Assembly (NCBI RefSeq): GCF_963921235.1 | Contig: NC_086097.1 | Span: forward strand, 176,454,001-176,518,000 | Reading direction: 5' to 3' | DNA length: 64,000 bases | Origin: Mobula hypostoma | Lineage: Eukaryota | Part shown: piece after piece, positions 61,232 to 64,000 of the stretch | Layout of the letters: each line of letters begins with the position of its first letter | How positions within the stretch are numbered: the first letter of the stretch is position 1 | The notes under the pieces: generated by a model | Databases searched by the model: none | Seen by the model: only the letters and a program-made list of their open reading frames with translations | Told to the model about the DNA's origin: nothing | Made by a program: the position numbers and the translations under genes

Positions 61232-62135
61232 AGTTAGTAAATTTGCTGATGACACAAAGGTTGGGGGTGTTGTGGATAGTGTGGGGGGGCTGTCAGAGGT
61301 TACAGTGGGACATCGATAGGATGCCAAACTGGGCTGAGAAGTGGCAGATGGAGTTCAACACAGACAGGTGTTAGATGGTTCATTTTACTAGGTCAAATAT
61401 GATGGCAGAATATAGTATTAATGGTAAGACTCTTGGCAGCGTGGGGGATCTTGGGGTCCGAGTCCATAGGACACTCAAAGCTAATACGTAGGTTGACTCT
61501 GTGGTTAAGAAGCCGTACGGTGCATTGGTCTTAATTAATCGTGGGATTGAGTTTAAGAGCCGAGAGGTAATGTTGCAGCTATATAGGACCTTGGTCAGAC
61601 CCCACTTGGAGTACTGTGCTCAGTTCTGGTTGCCTCACTACAGGAAGGATGTGGAAACCATAGAAAGGGTGCAGAGGAGATTTACAAGGATGTTGCTTGG
61701 ATTGGGGCGCATGCCTTATGAGAATAGGTTGAGTGAACTCAGCCTTTTCTCCTTAGAGCGATGGAGGATGAGAGGTGACCTGATAGAGGTGTACAAGATA
61801 ATGAGAGGCATTGATTGTGTGGATAGTCAGAGGCTTTTCCTCAGGGCTGAAATGACCAGCACGAGAGGGCAGAGTTTTAAAGTGCTTGGAAGCAGGTACA
61901 GAGGAGACATCAGGGGTAAGTTTTTTACGCAGAGAGTGGTGAGTGTGTGGAATGGGCAGCTGGTGATGGTGGTGGAGGCGGATACGATAGGGTCTTTTAA
62001 GAGCCTCCTGAATGGCTACATGGAGCTTAGAAAAATAGAGGGCCATGGGTAAAGCCTAGGTAGTTCTAAGGTAGGGACATGTTATGCACAGCATTGTGGG
62101 CCAAAGGTCCTGTGTTGTGCTGTAGGTTTTCTATG
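61232..62135 (+). mobile_element. Young 5'-truncated CR1 LINE
   Basis: Starts at VSKFADDTKVGG; ORF 61501-62052; same subfamily tail as 9891 and 51495. Confidence 0.95.
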
Positions 62136-62159
62136 TCAGATTGAGACCTCAGCATTCTT

Positions 62160-63262
62160 AAGCGGAAGGGTGAACAGCCATAGTCCATGTAGGTACCAAT
62201 GATATGGGTGACAAGGTTATGCATAGGGAGTTCAAGGAGTTAGGTGTTAAGTTAAACAGTAGGACGACCAGGGTTGTGATCTCAGGATTGCTACCTATGC
62301 CATGTGCTAATGAGGCTGGAACTAGGAAGATTATACAGTTTAACACTGTACATGGCTAAGGAGTTGGTGCAGAAGGGAGGGCATAGGATAGTTGGATCAT
62401 TGGGCTGTCTTCCAGGGAAGTTGGGACCTGTACAGAACGGACGGTTTGCATCTGAACTGGAAGGGGACTAATATCCTAGCGGGAAGTTTGTTAATACTGT
62501 GTGGTGAGGTTTAAACTGGAGTTGCATGGCGATGGGAACCAGAGTGCCAGAACAGGTAGTGGAGAGGCTGGGGAGGCAGATGTTGGCAAACCCTCAGACA
62601 AAGTTAGGAATCAAAAGGTTGAGCATGGTACAACCAGTGTCCTGAGCTGCCAATATTTCAATGCAAGAAATATCATAGCAAAGGTGGGTGATAGTGCTGA
62701 AGATGAAACAGCTGGTTTACAAACAGGGGCAATGTGTAGTGAGGAGAGGCTGTTGAGAGGGCAAAATTGCAGTCAACAGGATAAGTTGCAATGTAAAAGG
62801 CAGACAAAATTGAAAAAGGCAAATACAGGACTGAAGGTGTTTAATCTGAATGTGCACAGTATACAGAATAAGGTTGGTGAATTTGCAGCACAGTTGCAGA
62901 TCGGCAAGGATGATGTTGTAGGCTTCACTGAATTATGGCTGAAAGAAGATTATAGCTGAAAGCTTAATGTCCAAGGATACACAATGTATCAAAAAAACAG
63001 GCAGAAAGATGGAGGGGGTGGCGTTGCTCTGCTGGTAAAAAATTAAATCAGATCTTTAGAAAGAGGTAACATAGGGTTGGAAAGTGCTGAATCATTGTGG
63101 AAAGAACTAAGTAACTGAAGGGTAAAAATATCCTGATGGGAGCTGTATACAGACTCCCAAACGGTAGTAAGGGTGTGGTCTACAAATTACAAGGAGAATT
63201 AGAAATGAATTTTGAAAAGGCAATGTCACAACAGTCATGGAGGATTTCAATATACAAGTAAT
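62160..63262 (+). mobile_element. CR1 ORF1 esterase and endonuclease fragment
   Basis: VHVGTNDMG..RTTRVVISGLLP..DGLHLNWKGTNILAG; LNVHSIQNKV..VGFTELWL; GGGVALLV; MEDFN. Confidence 0.85.
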
Positions 63263-64000
63263 TCAATGGCCTTATAGTCTAAATATTGGAGGTCAAGGGC
63301 CTGGAGGTGGCCTACTGGGTTTGGAGACCTGTTAGTGTGTGGGGTGGGTAGGTTGGAGGAATATAGTCATGTTTTGCTGTTTTGTTATTCTATTGGTATT
63401 GTTGTTGCTCATGTTGTGGTGCTAAACACTGAGGACATGCTTTGTTGGCACTGGAATATGTGGTGACATTTGTGGGATGCCCCCAGCACGCCCTTAGGTT
63501 GTGTTGGTTACTAAAACAAATGATGCACTCCACTGTATGTTTCAATGTACATATGAAAAATAAATAAATCTGAATCTGTAGTTCCTTTCCCAATCATTAA
63601 TGCCAAGGTTGTACAACAAAGGGAACCAGGAGTGTAAGTACATGTTTCTGAAAGTAGCATCACAGGTAGGTGGTGAGGAAAGCCATTTTGCACACTGGCC
63701 TTTGCTGAGTATAGAAGTTGGGAAGGTATATTGCAATCATGCAAGATGCTTGTGAGGCCACACTTGGAAGACAGTGTTCAGTTTTGATCACCCTGATCCA
63801 GGAAAGATTCCATTCATTTGGAAAGAGTGCAGAGGAAGTTTGTGAAGATGTCATTAGCGTTCGAGAGTCTGGGTTAGAGAGAGAAGTTAGGAAGGCTACT
63901 GCTAAGGATGACACTTTTGTTTGAGACATTACACTGGCTCGTCTTGTGAATTTAAAAGATCCCACCATTGAGGTTCATTGCAGGGTGTTACGTGCAAATA

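Overview
This is repeat-dense, non-genic (intronic or intergenic) vertebrate DNA. The repeat mix suggests a cartilaginous fish, probably a ray; this is inferred from the repeat types only. No host protein-coding gene is recognisable, and nearly every long ORF is a decayed retrotransposon or its antisense shadow. Retroelements: many CR1 LINEs (SGNH-esterase ORF1, APE endonuclease, RT), many Rex1/Babar-type LINEs, one Nimb/I-clade LINE (gag knuckles, RT, RNase H), Penelope-like (GIY-YIG) elements, V-SINEs, a 1.2-kb solo LTR and an RTE tail. DNA transposons: a palindromic mariner MITE, a Tigger4-like element, a Tc1 MITE, a Buster-type hAT and a tiny hAT MITE. These are often nested 3-4 levels deep. 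The most interesting signal is a dispersed family of short Penelope pseudo-LTR fragments carrying a minimal type-I hammerhead ribozyme (reconstructed consensus CAGTC-CTGATGA-A-GGGTCTCGGCCC-GAAACGTC/GACTG). Their 5' ends and inversion points repeatedly fall on the ribozyme itself. Several AT-rich islands with no recognisable repeat look like enhancers or conserved non-coding elements, and there are two candidate exons. Boundaries of old repeats are approximate (tens of bp); TSD- and TIR-defined boundaries were read directly.
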